Shown: piece after piece, positions 18,279 through 25,026 of the stretch
How the letters are laid out: each line of letters opens with the position of its first letter
Numbering within the stretch: position 1 is the stretch's first letter
NCBI GenBank assembly: GCA_963528875.1
Contig: CAURWT010000001.1
Span: forward strand, 90,001 to 122,000
Source of the DNA: an uncultured Candidatus Saccharimonas sp.
Lineage (GTDB): Bacteria; Patescibacteriota; Saccharimonadia; Saccharimonadales; Saccharimonadaceae
Direction: 5' to 3'
DNA length: 32,000 bases
Translations under genes and position numbers: made by a program
Notes under the pieces: model-generated
The model's input: the letters and a program-made list of their open reading frames with translations, nothing else
What the model was told of the DNA's origin: nothing
Database searches by the model: none

Positions 18279-19007
18279 TTACTTATGTAATTCTAAGAAT
18301 TTAGCTTTAATATCTTCCAAAAGTTTTCTTGCTCGCACACGCACTTCAATATCTTTATAGTTAAATTCAACATCTTGGTGCATAATTTGGTTAATAATTC
18401 GCGCCGTATTTCGAAAGTCATCATTTAAAATAAAGTGGAAATATGGCACTTCAAGAGCCTGCTCTAATGAAGAAATTGCTTCCGGCAAACGTTTTTCGAA
18501 ATCTTTTTCAAATTCTTCTGCGCTTGAATATCGGTTTGCAAAACGTGCCCGCCAAGTTTCGAAATCTGGCGGTAAAATAAAAACCGCTACCACTCGCTCG
18601 CTCATTTTTTTATATTCTGCAATTCCTTGAATATCAATATCTGTTACGGAAATCTGCCCGTTTTGGTTCGCTTTTTCGATCTCTGCAACACTTGTACCAT
18701 AAATCCTGCCGTGAACAAATTTTGCTTCAATAAATTCACGATTTCTAAGCATTTCTTCAGCCTTTTCAATCGAAATAAAATTGTAATCAACACCATTTTG
18801 TTCAATTTTACCATTATTTTCACGAGGCTGGCGCGTTGTGTGACTAACAATATCACGATATTCTTCATTTTTTAAAAGATATTTTTTGGTTGTATCTTTT
18901 CCCGCGCCAGAAATTCCCGCAAGTAGTAAAATGCGAGAATTTTCAACTAAAGTAATAGCTTCAGGTGGCGTTTGATAGTTTTTTACAAGAAATTCAAGGT
19001 TATTCAT
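18279..19007 (-). CDS. gmk: Guanylate kinase (with short N- and C-terminal extensions)
   Basis: 242 aa with P-loop GISGAGKDT, and SHTTRQPR, YGTS, DIDIQG, FILPP and NDDF motifs collinear with bacterial Gmk. Confidence 0.8.
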   Translation of the reverse strand: MNNLEFLVKNYQTPPEAITLVENSRILLLAGISGAGKDTTKKYLLKNEEYRDIVSHTTRQPRENNGKIEQNGVDYNFISIEKAEEMLRNREFIEAKFVHGRIYGTSVAEIEKANQNGQISVTDIDIQGIAEYKKMSERVVAVFILPPDFETWRARFANRYSSAEEFEKDFEKRLPEAISSLEQALEVPYFHFILNDDFRNTARIINQIMHQDVEFNYKDIEVRVRARKLLEDIKAKFLELHK

Positions 19008-19013
19008 ATTAAA

Positions 19014-19042
19014 ATTATACTATATTTTCTGGATTTCGTCAA
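19014..19042 (-). promoter_or_regulatory. Consensus promoter TTGACG-17-TATAAT ending 6 nt before the gmk ATG
   Basis: On the minus strand: -35 TTGACG (19042-19037), a 17-nt spacer, -10 TATAAT (19019-19014), then TTTAAT, then ATG at 19007 with no SD. Confidence 0.6.
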
Positions 19043-19059
19043 AAATTTCCTACTCTTCC

Positions 19060-19089
19060 AAAACTAAAACAGCTCCACCGAGCTGTTTT
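19060..19089 (-). terminator. Terminator of the HU-like gene
   Basis: A perfect 10-bp stem AAAACAGCTC / GAGCTGTTTT (19066-19075 / 19080-19089) with a 4-nt loop. T-rich sequence lies on both sides. Confidence 0.65.
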
Positions 19090-19108
19090 AAAATATTCCA
19101 TAAAAAAT

Positions 19109-19492
19109 TTAAATCTTCTCAAATTTAGCACTTCTTAAACTGTTTTCAATCTCATTTCCTGCTACAAATCGCAATCGTGCTTCTTTAATATCTACGCTTG
19201 TTACACTTTTAGCATCTTTCGCACCCTTTCCAGAAAGTGTAATATGAAAATATCCCAAATCGCCTAAATGCACCGTTTCGCCATTTTGAATCGCATTCGA
19301 AATTTCTTGCGTTAAAGCCATCAAAACAGCATATGTATCAATATCACTAACAGTAGTACTTTTAGCAGAAATTCGTTTTGCCATCTCCTTTAATTCAACC
19401 TTACCATTAGAAATTGCTGTTGGGTAAAATTTATTAGCTTCTTCTTTCTTTAATGGGTTTGGGCGTTGTACAGCTTTATATTTTATAGCCAT
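19109..19492 (-). CDS. HU-family DNA-binding protein of the long Bacteroidetes-like (HU-HIG) type
   Basis: 127 aa. The layout is MAIKYKAVQRPNP...FYPTAISNGKVELKEMAKRIS...TVSDIDTYAVLMAL...GETVHLGDLGYFHITLS...ARLRFVAG. This matches my recollection of the roughly 125-aa HU-like proteins common in Bacteroidetes. SD AAAGGAGA is present. Confidence 0.6.
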   Translation of the reverse strand: MAIKYKAVQRPNPLKKEEANKFYPTAISNGKVELKEMAKRISAKSTTVSDIDTYAVLMALTQEISNAIQNGETVHLGDLGYFHITLSGKGAKDAKSVTSVDIKEARLRFVAGNEIENSLRSAKFEKI

Positions 19493-19612
19493 AATTATTC
19501 TCCTTTTTAAATAGATTGAAAAGTATTCGCGAATCTATTAGAAAACTTTTTGGAATAGATTCGTTTTGATGTTTTATTAGTTTTAATATACTCGTTTTAC
19601 AACGTAAGATAA

Positions 19613-19930
19613 TTAACCATCGGTATCTAAATTAGAATATTCATACATATCAACATCTTTCCACGGCTCGTCAGGTTTATCATATTCTACTTCTGGTTTC
19701 TCCATTTCCTCTTCGCCATCATCAGAGCTATACCCCTCCTCACCCTCTTCCTTGTCATTACTGTCATCGTAGCTATTGTAATTATCAGGATATTCTGGCT
19801 CAATAACATCACCACTATTATCGAAATTATGGGACTGTGTGGGCTGCACTAACGCCATTACTAGAAATATGAAGATAATAAAACCTATAATATAACCAAT
19901 TATATTTAGAATATTTTTTGACACCTTCAT
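19613..19930 (-). CDS. Small TM-anchored protein with a highly acidic tail
   Basis: 105 aa with an N-terminal TM helix (ILNIIGYIIGFIIFIFLVMALV). The rest is D/E/Y-rich (EEGEEGYSSDDGEEEMEKPEVEYDKPDEPW). It starts 12 nt after the upstream gene. Confidence 0.5.
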   Translation of the reverse strand: MKVSKNILNIIGYIIGFIIFIFLVMALVQPTQSHNFDNSGDVIEPEYPDNYNSYDDSNDKEEGEEGYSSDDGEEEMEKPEVEYDKPDEPWKDVDMYEYSNLDTDG

Positions 19931-19942
19931 AATTTTGATTTA

Positions 19943-20491
19943 TCAATATTGCGACCTTCTGAACCCATTTGCCTGTGCCTCTGCTTCTGAACAGAAATAC
20001 TTTTCACCATATGCTGGATTTATTGTTGTTGAATTATAATATTTTCCTCCTGGCACATGATAGATTTTTGCTCCTGAACGATATGAGATATTACCCTTAA
20101 TATTGCATACTTGTGCAGGCTGAGGAGTTGGCTGCGGTGCAGATGGAGCAATATAATTATATTTTGTAACCTTAACCTTTTCTGGTGTGTAGTGTGAAAT
20201 AGTTTCTCGGCTCACCTCAGTTTTTCCTTGGTCTTTTTTACAAACTTTATCTTTACCGTTTGCACCTTTTTGGAGCTTTTCTTCCTTACTTTCTCCTGAA
20301 AGTGAAATATCTCCAGTGTTTTCTTCAACTCTTTCATAGTCGGTTCTGTATGGTGTATCTTCTTCAGAACAAACAACTTTATTATTTTGATAAATGGTTG
20401 AACCTATCGGAAATACGACAAACATACCAAATATTGCTATGGCACATATTGCAAACCCGTATTTATCTGCAAAACTCTTACTTTCTTTCAT
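19943..20491 (-). CDS. TM-anchored exported protein with a C-terminal Cys-flanked IKGNIS...IYH.PG..YY...FC.E.EA...GFRRS module (sunset-domain-like)
   Basis: 182 aa with an N-terminal TM helix and a Pro/Gln linker (PSAPQPTPQPAQ). The C-terminal 50 aa are CNIKGNISYRSGAKIYHVPGGKYYNSTTINPAYGEKYFCSEAEAQANGFRRS. This matches a module I recall at the ends of secreted nuclease/ComEA-neighbour proteins. The middle region may be G5-like. Confidence 0.5.
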   Translation of the reverse strand: MKESKSFADKYGFAICAIAIFGMFVVFPIGSTIYQNNKVVCSEEDTPYRTDYERVEENTGDISLSGESKEEKLQKGANGKDKVCKKDQGKTEVSRETISHYTPEKVKVTKYNYIAPSAPQPTPQPAQVCNIKGNISYRSGAKIYHVPGGKYYNSTTINPAYGEKYFCSEAEAQANGFRRSQY

Positions 20492-20497
20492 ACGCCC

Positions 20498-20527
20498 ATA
20501 ATATCAAAAAAAAAAAAAACGAGTCAA
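20498..20527 (-). promoter_or_regulatory. Promoter whose -35/-10 spacer is a T14 homopolymer (candidate phase-variable switch)
   Basis: On the minus strand: TTGACT (20527-20522), then CG + T14 (plus-strand A14 at 20506-20519) + GA making an 18-nt spacer. TATTAT (20503-20498) follows, then GGGCGT, then ATG at 20491. Confidence 0.5.
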
Positions 20528-20576
20528 GCCTTTTTACTTAAACAAAATTAAAAGCCCCTATGGGAGCTTTTAATAA

Positions 20577-21284
20577 CTAAAACTTAGCGTTCGTATGCAC
20601 ATTCACAACATCATCAACATCATCAAGTGCATCCATCAATTTTTCAACTTTCGCACGAGTTTCATCGTCGGTGATTTCAACTTCCATATTTGGCACATAT
20701 TGAAGTTCAGCTTCTTTCACCACCAAGTCTTTTTCAATTAACTCTTTTCGAACTTTCATTAAATCTTTTTGGTCGGTATAAACCACGATTTCGCCATCTT
20801 CTTCAACCGCGTCTTCTGCACCAGCATCAAGAATTTCAAGTAACGCATCTTCGCCCGTTGCTTCAACCAAAATCACACCCTTGCGAGTAAACTGAAACAT
20901 CACACTCCCCGCGTCAGCGATTCGTCCACCATTTTTCACTAAAGCTGTTTTAACTTCAGGAAAAGTTCGATTGCGATTATCGGTTGCTGTTTCAATAATC
21001 AAACCAATTCCATTTGGACCATAACCTTCGTAAGTAATTTCCTCAAGTATTGCCGAGTTTTTATCTGCCGCGCGAGCAATTGCACGCTCAATATTCGCGT
21101 TTGGCATATTCACCGCACGAGCTTTTTCAATCGCCAGCGCTAAACTTGGGTTCATGTCTGGATCAGTACCGCCACGAGCTGCAATCGCAATTTGATTTCC
21201 AATTCGTGTAAAAATTGCACCCCGTTTTGCATCATTTACACCTTTCTGTCGTTTAATTTTTGACCATTTATTATGACCAGCCAT
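20577..21284 (-). CDS. yebC: YebC/PmpR-family transcriptional regulator
   Basis: 235 aa. MAGHNKWSKIKRQKG...AKRGAIFTR is the invariant N-terminus of the YebC family. SD AAGGAG is present. Confidence 0.9.
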   Translation of the reverse strand: MAGHNKWSKIKRQKGVNDAKRGAIFTRIGNQIAIAARGGTDPDMNPSLALAIEKARAVNMPNANIERAIARAADKNSAILEEITYEGYGPNGIGLIIETATDNRNRTFPEVKTALVKNGGRIADAGSVMFQFTRKGVILVEATGEDALLEILDAGAEDAVEEDGEIVVYTDQKDLMKVRKELIEKDLVVKEAELQYVPNMEVEITDDETRAKVEKLMDALDDVDDVVNVHTNAKF

Positions 21285-21396
21285 AATTCTCCTTAATTTT
21301 TATCTGTAAATCTCTATTAATTTTACCATTTTTTGCTCAAGAATTCAAATTTTAAAAAAATTAAAACGCCCATTTTAACTTTTGGACGTTTAAGTT

Positions 21397-22770
21397 TTAT
21401 TTAATTTTATGGGCTACCACACGAATAATCTCACTCCAGCTTAAAAACGGTTGTGGAATTTCGGCTAAATCGTGTGCCGTCATTTCATTTCGAATTGCCA
21501 AAGAAATCTGCGAAATCAAGTTTATCGCATCTGGTGATACAATACTTCCGCCAATAATCTTTCCCTTCCTGTCACAAATAATTTTAGCAAATCCACTACT
21601 GAAATTCTCAACATTGCTTTTTGCAATTAAATTAAGTGGTGCAATTGTAGTTTTATATTTTAAATCTCTCTTTAAACAATCGTCTTCAGTTAAACCAACC
21701 GTGGCGATTTCTGGCCAAGTTGAAATTGTACGAGGTGAAAGCGGAAAATTAACCTCCATTTTTGAACGTGAATGTAAAATATTATGAGCAACTGTTCGGC
21801 TTTCAAGTAGGATTTCTGCCGTTTGAGCTTGTGGATTAACCACACCACCAACCGCAAAAATATGCTTCATAGAAGTTTGCGAAAATTCATTTACAGCAAT
21901 TCCATCTTTCGAAAAATCAATATGAGCATTCTCTAAGCCAATATCAGTATTCGGTATTCTTTCACCTACAACCAGAATTTCATCAACTTGCACAAATTTC
22001 TCGGTTCCGCCTCGTTGAAAGATCACTCGCTTCATCAAGCCGTCTTTTTGCACCGCCACCACTCGAGTTTGTGGTAAAACATAAACATGATTCTCTTCAA
22101 CTAAAATATTTTCAAGAGTAATTCCAACTTCTTCATCTTCTTTTGGCAAAAGTCGTGCCGAAACTTCACTGATGTAAACTTTCGTACCAAAAATAGCCAA
22201 AATTTGAGCAATTTCAACTGCCTCAGCTCCACCACCAACAATAAAAATACTCTTAGGCGGACGAGCAATATTGAAAATTGTTTTTGGAGTATAATATCGC
22301 ACATTTTCAATATTTTTAATATCTGGAATTGAGATTTTCGAACCAGTTGCAATCAAGAAATTCTTTGCCGAATAATGCTTTTGGTTAATCGAAATCTCAT
22401 TTGGAGTTAAAAATCTAGCTTCACCACGAAAAGTTTTAATCCCCACACTTTCGAAAAACTTTTGATTATCGTGAGCGCCAGTTCGTTCAATCACAATTTT
22501 TTTCCAAGCAGAAATTATCGGAAAATTATAAGTTAAATTTGCCGAACGTAGACCCATTTTTTCAGCCTTTTTTGCCTCAAAAAAAGCTTTTTTAACCTTC
22601 GAAATTGCTGCTCGTGGAATATCACTATAATTTGGTGACTCACCGCCAAAAAGATCATTTTCAACAATTGCAACATTTAGCCCGGCTTTTGCTGCAATAT
22701 TTGCCGCCGCTGAACCACCCGCTCCGCTTCCAAGAACAATTAAATCAAAATCAAATTTTCTTTTAGCCAT
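21397..22770 (-). CDS. Class I pyridine-nucleotide-disulfide-oxidoreductase homologue lacking the redox-active cysteine pair
   Basis: 457 aa with an FAD GxGxxG motif (VLGSGAGGSAAA) and an NAD-binding motif (FIVGGGAEAVE). Where GGTCLNVGCIP is expected it reads GGESPNYSDIP. The C-terminal HPT..E motif reads QPFLSWSE. Confidence 0.7.
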   Translation of the reverse strand: MAKRKFDFDLIVLGSGAGGSAAANIAAKAGLNVAIVENDLFGGESPNYSDIPRAAISKVKKAFFEAKKAEKMGLRSANLTYNFPIISAWKKIVIERTGAHDNQKFFESVGIKTFRGEARFLTPNEISINQKHYSAKNFLIATGSKISIPDIKNIENVRYYTPKTIFNIARPPKSIFIVGGGAEAVEIAQILAIFGTKVYISEVSARLLPKEDEEVGITLENILVEENHVYVLPQTRVVAVQKDGLMKRVIFQRGGTEKFVQVDEILVVGERIPNTDIGLENAHIDFSKDGIAVNEFSQTSMKHIFAVGGVVNPQAQTAEILLESRTVAHNILHSRSKMEVNFPLSPRTISTWPEIATVGLTEDDCLKRDLKYKTTIAPLNLIAKSNVENFSSGFAKIICDRKGKIIGGSIVSPDAINLISQISLAIRNEMTAHDLAEIPQPFLSWSEIIRVVAHKIK

Positions 22771-22780
22771 TTTTTACTCC

Positions 22781-23050
22781 TTAAATTATGCTCTTGAAAT
22801 TTTTATAAATATACGCTGCCTCTGGATGGATTTTCTGTAAAATTGCTCCGGTTTGTCTTCGAATATCGCCACTTGTAATTTCTGGTTTGTTTCTTTGCCA
22901 ATCCGCAAATTCGAGAAGAGTTTTTCGAACAAACTCATTGCTTTGCCCTTCTGGAGATCTAACAATTAAAAAAGTTTCACTCAAGGATTTTTGCAATTTT
23001 TTATAATCAAATCTCTCAACTTCTCCATCAGATTTTACAACCATTCTCAT
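22781..23050 (-). CDS. Stand-alone ATP-cone domain protein
   Basis: 89 aa. VVKSDGEVERFDYKKLQKSL ... EITSGDIRRQTGAILQKIHPEAAYIYKNF follows the ATP-cone consensus (v.KrdG..e.Fd..Ki...l ... i..eei...v...L...). Its start overlaps the upstream stop (ATGA). Confidence 0.65.
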   Translation of the reverse strand: MRMVVKSDGEVERFDYKKLQKSLSETFLIVRSPEGQSNEFVRKTLLEFADWQRNKPEITSGDIRRQTGAILQKIHPEAAYIYKNFKSII

Positions 23051-23775
23051 AGTGAGACTCCTAAGAACTCTGGTGTAAAAATTACAACACCAGTTATAAA
23101 CGCTAAAATTATCATTCCCAAACCTGCTGAAAATTGCATAAAACGCTTATTCTTATTCCGCCAAGCTTGAATTTCTGAAATTGGATGCCCACCAGAAATC
23201 ATGCAAGCAATACTAAAAATTGGTAAATTAGAAATTAAAACATAAATTACTAAAATAGCAAATTGATGGGCTAGCGAAACACGTGAGGCTAAAATTGCCG
23301 AAATCGCCAAAGATGCAAAATAAAACAATATTTCACTCAAAACACTCACAATTCCTAGCGAAAAAGCTTCAGCCGAATGAACAGTTTTGCTTGCTCGCTC
23401 GTTAAGAAAATTCGCCATTGAACGAGGAATCCAAAGTTCCGTACTATTTTGTATGTTTTTGCCTCTTCGATAATAAAAAATCCAAGTTGAGATCCCAGCA
23501 GCAACTAAAATACCAGCCAAAACCGCCCAAGCTACTTTCGAAAATGTAATATTATAAAATATTCCAGCAAAATATGCAAAAGTTGAAAAAATAAGAATAG
23601 TTGCAAAAACTGACCCAAAAACTAAAGACATAGATAACTTTGTTAATTGTAAATGCGACTTTTTCTTGCTTAAAGTGTGCCCACTCAAAAGTGTTAGAAC
23701 ACTAATACTCAAATGAAAACTAGCATGCACCATTGCCGCTAAAATCACCACTAATAAAATCATCCAAATTTCCAT
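23047..23775 (-). CDS. Hypothetical polytopic membrane protein (about 6 TM)
   Basis: 242-aa hydrophobic ORF, translationally coupled (ATGA) to the ATP-cone gene. Confidence 0.5.
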   Translation of the reverse strand: MEIWMILLVVILAAMVHASFHLSISVLTLLSGHTLSKKKSHLQLTKLSMSLVFGSVFATILIFSTFAYFAGIFYNITFSKVAWAVLAGILVAAGISTWIFYYRRGKNIQNSTELWIPRSMANFLNERASKTVHSAEAFSLGIVSVLSEILFYFASLAISAILASRVSLAHQFAILVIYVLISNLPIFSIACMISGGHPISEIQAWRNKNKRFMQFSAGLGMIILAFITGVVIFTPEFLGVSL

Positions 23776-23848
23776 AAGCTTTATTTAAATTATATTATAA
23801 GCACAAGCGAAAATCAAGAAAAATGTTTAAGTTTTTTCAAAAAAAGTC

Positions 23849-23877
23849 TTGACTTTTATATTTTTATATGTTACTAT
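23849..23877 (+). promoter_or_regulatory. Promoter TTGACT-17-TACTAT with a TG extension
   Basis: -35 TTGACT (23849-23854), a 17-nt spacer ending in TGT, and -10 TACTAT (23872-23877). It lies upstream of the 40-aa ORF. Confidence 0.5.
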
Positions 23878-23916
23878 AAATAACGTAATATTATTTAAAA
23901 ACAAAAAGGAAAATAA

Positions 23917-24039
23917 ATGGCACAACACGAACGAATGTCTTCATGGGATAGACACCGAACTAAAAAAGAACTACGAAACTTCATTGATGCAAGAATTTCA
24001 CGATTCAATGAATTTGATGAGTTCGAAGATTTAATCTAA
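23917..24039 (+). CDS. Unannotated small protein, 40 aa (MAQHERMSSWDRHRTKKELRNFIDARISRFNEFDEFEDLI)
   Basis: The ATG at 23917 has SD AAAGGA 6 nt upstream and a promoter about 40 nt upstream. A clean terminator follows immediately after the TAA (24037-24039). It is in a different frame from the 61-aa TTG-start ORF in the track. Confidence 0.5.
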   Translation: MAQHERMSSWDRHRTKKELRNFIDARISRFNEFDEFEDLI

Positions 24040-24046
24040 GAATATA

Positions 24047-24075
24047 AAGCTCGCAAAATTAGCGAGCTTTTCTCT
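24047..24075 (+). terminator. Terminator of the 40-aa ORF
   Basis: Stem AAGCTCGC / GCGAGCTT (24047-24054 / 24062-24069), followed by TTTCTCTT. Confidence 0.65.
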
Positions 24076-24103
24076 TGAAAAAAGTTTTTCAATGTGCTAA
24101 AAT
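24075..24103 (+). promoter_or_regulatory. Promoter TTGAAA-17-TAAAAT for tRNA-Met
   Basis: -35 at 24075-24080, a 17-nt spacer ending in TGC, and -10 at 24098-24103. It lies 11 nt upstream of the tRNA 5' end. Confidence 0.6.
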
Positions 24104-24114
24104 ATAAACATTAT

Positions 24115-24191
24115 GGTAGCGTAGCTCAGTTGGTTAGAGCGTAGGACTCATAAGCCTAAGGTCGCAGGTTCAATCCCTGCCGCTACTACCA
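24115..24191 (+). tRNA. tRNA with anticodon CAT, elongator tRNA-Met-like, CCA encoded
   Basis: GGTAGCGTAGCTCAGTTGGTTAGAGCGTAGGACTCATAAGCCTAAGGTCGCAGGTTCAATCCCTGCCGCTACTACCA. The D-arm is identical to E. coli elongator Met. The loop is CTCATAA. There is a G1-U72 wobble and an A31/G39 mismatch. Confidence 0.8.
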
Positions 24192-24205
24192 GAAATTATA
24201 TAGAA

Positions 24206-24240
24206 AATCGTTGCAAATTCTGTAACGATTTTTAATTTTT
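24206..24240 (+). terminator. Terminator after tRNA-Met
   Basis: Stem AATCGTT / AACGATT (24206-24212 / 24224-24230), followed by a T-run. Confidence 0.55.
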
Positions 24241-24294
24241 TATAAATAAAAATAACCTTCCATTTTCGAAAAGTTATTTTTTGAAATAATTTCT

Positions 24295-24372
24295 TGGTTG
24301 CGGGAGTAGGATTTGAACCTACGACCTCTTGGTTATGAGCCAAGCGAGCTGACCAGACTGCTCCATCCCGCG
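24295..24372 (-). tRNA. Initiator tRNA-fMet (anticodon CAT), CCA encoded
   Basis: The reverse complement is CGCGGGATGGAGCAGTCTGGTCAGCTCGCTTGGCTCATAACCAAGAGGTCGTAGGTTCAAATCCTACTCCCGCAACCA. It has the C1xA72 mismatch and is near-identical to E. coli tRNA-fMet in the acceptor, D and T arms. Confidence 0.88.
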
Positions 24373-24385
24373 ATATCTGTTTTAT

Positions 24386-24414
24386 ATTTTATCACGCAGA
24401 CATTTAAAAGTCAA
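24386..24414 (-). promoter_or_regulatory. Promoter TTGACT-17-TAAAAT for tRNA-fMet
   Basis: On the minus strand: -35 (24414-24409), a 17-nt spacer ending in TGA, and -10 (24391-24386). It lies 13 nt upstream of the tRNA 5' end. Confidence 0.6.
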
Positions 24415-24424
24415 GAGTTTTTAG

Positions 24425-24865
24425 CTATTTTGTTGCTTTTTGAGCATTTCCACCAAAAATAAAGTTAATCCATTGCGTAAAATTTGAAGGTTTTGGCGTT
24501 TTAGTTTGTTCTTTCTTTTGTTCTTCTGGGTATTTCGAAAGAATCAAAACATGCTCGCCCGGCATTGCAAGACCAAGTTTTTCACGTACGGCAAGCTCTT
24601 GATATTCGGAACTTTTCAGATATTTTTGTTCATATTCAAGTGTTTTATAGCTAATTTCATCAATTAAAGCCTGGCGCTGTTTGAGTTCTAGCTTTTTTTG
24701 AATTGAATAATTTTTCTCCATCGCCGCAATATTTCCCCAAACCCAAATTATCGAGATAAAAATCACACTGGCCATAATAATATTACTCAAAGTTAAAATA
24801 TCGTTCGAAAAATAATATTTCGCACGGCGAGTTTTGGTTTTTAAATCGTTTAAGTTTAATTTCAC
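24425..24865 (-). CDS. Septum formation initiator (FtsB/DivIC-like) protein
   Basis: 146 aa with one TM helix and then a coiled coil. The conserved tail is EYQELAVREKLGLAMPGEHVLIL, matching the DivIC/FtsB E..aR..Lg...pgE pattern. It uses a GTG start. Confidence 0.65.
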   Translation of the reverse strand: MKLNLNDLKTKTRRAKYYFSNDILTLSNIIMASVIFISIIWVWGNIAAMEKNYSIQKKLELKQRQALIDEISYKTLEYEQKYLKSSEYQELAVREKLGLAMPGEHVLILSKYPEEQKKEQTKTPKPSNFTQWINFIFGGNAQKATK

Positions 24866-24905
24866 TATTTAATTTTATCATATTTTCTGATATAATTAAA
24901 TAGTC

Positions 24906-24981
24906 GGGGGATTAGCTCAGCGGTTAGAGCAGTCGTCTCATACACGATTGGTCGCTGGTTCGAACCCAGCATCCCCTACCA
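24906..24981 (+). tRNA. tRNA with anticodon CAT, probable tRNA-Ile2 (lysidine-modified), CCA encoded
   Basis: GGGGGATTAGCTCAGCGGTTAGAGCAGTCGTCTCATACACGATTGGTCGCTGGTTCGAACCCAGCATCCCCTACCA. The D-arm, variable loop TGGTC and T-stem GCTGG/CCAGC match E. coli ileX. A G1-U72 wobble is present. Confidence 0.75.
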
Positions 24982-25026
24982 AAATCGCCATAAGGCGTTT
25001 TTTATTTAACTGTTTTTAGTATAGTA

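Noticed and set aside
23849-24034. A 61-aa TTG-start ORF from the track.
   Set aside because: Its start codon is the TTG of the -35 hexamer and it has no SD. The alternative frame (23917-24039) has an SD, an ATG and a terminator, so the 40-aa frame is preferred.
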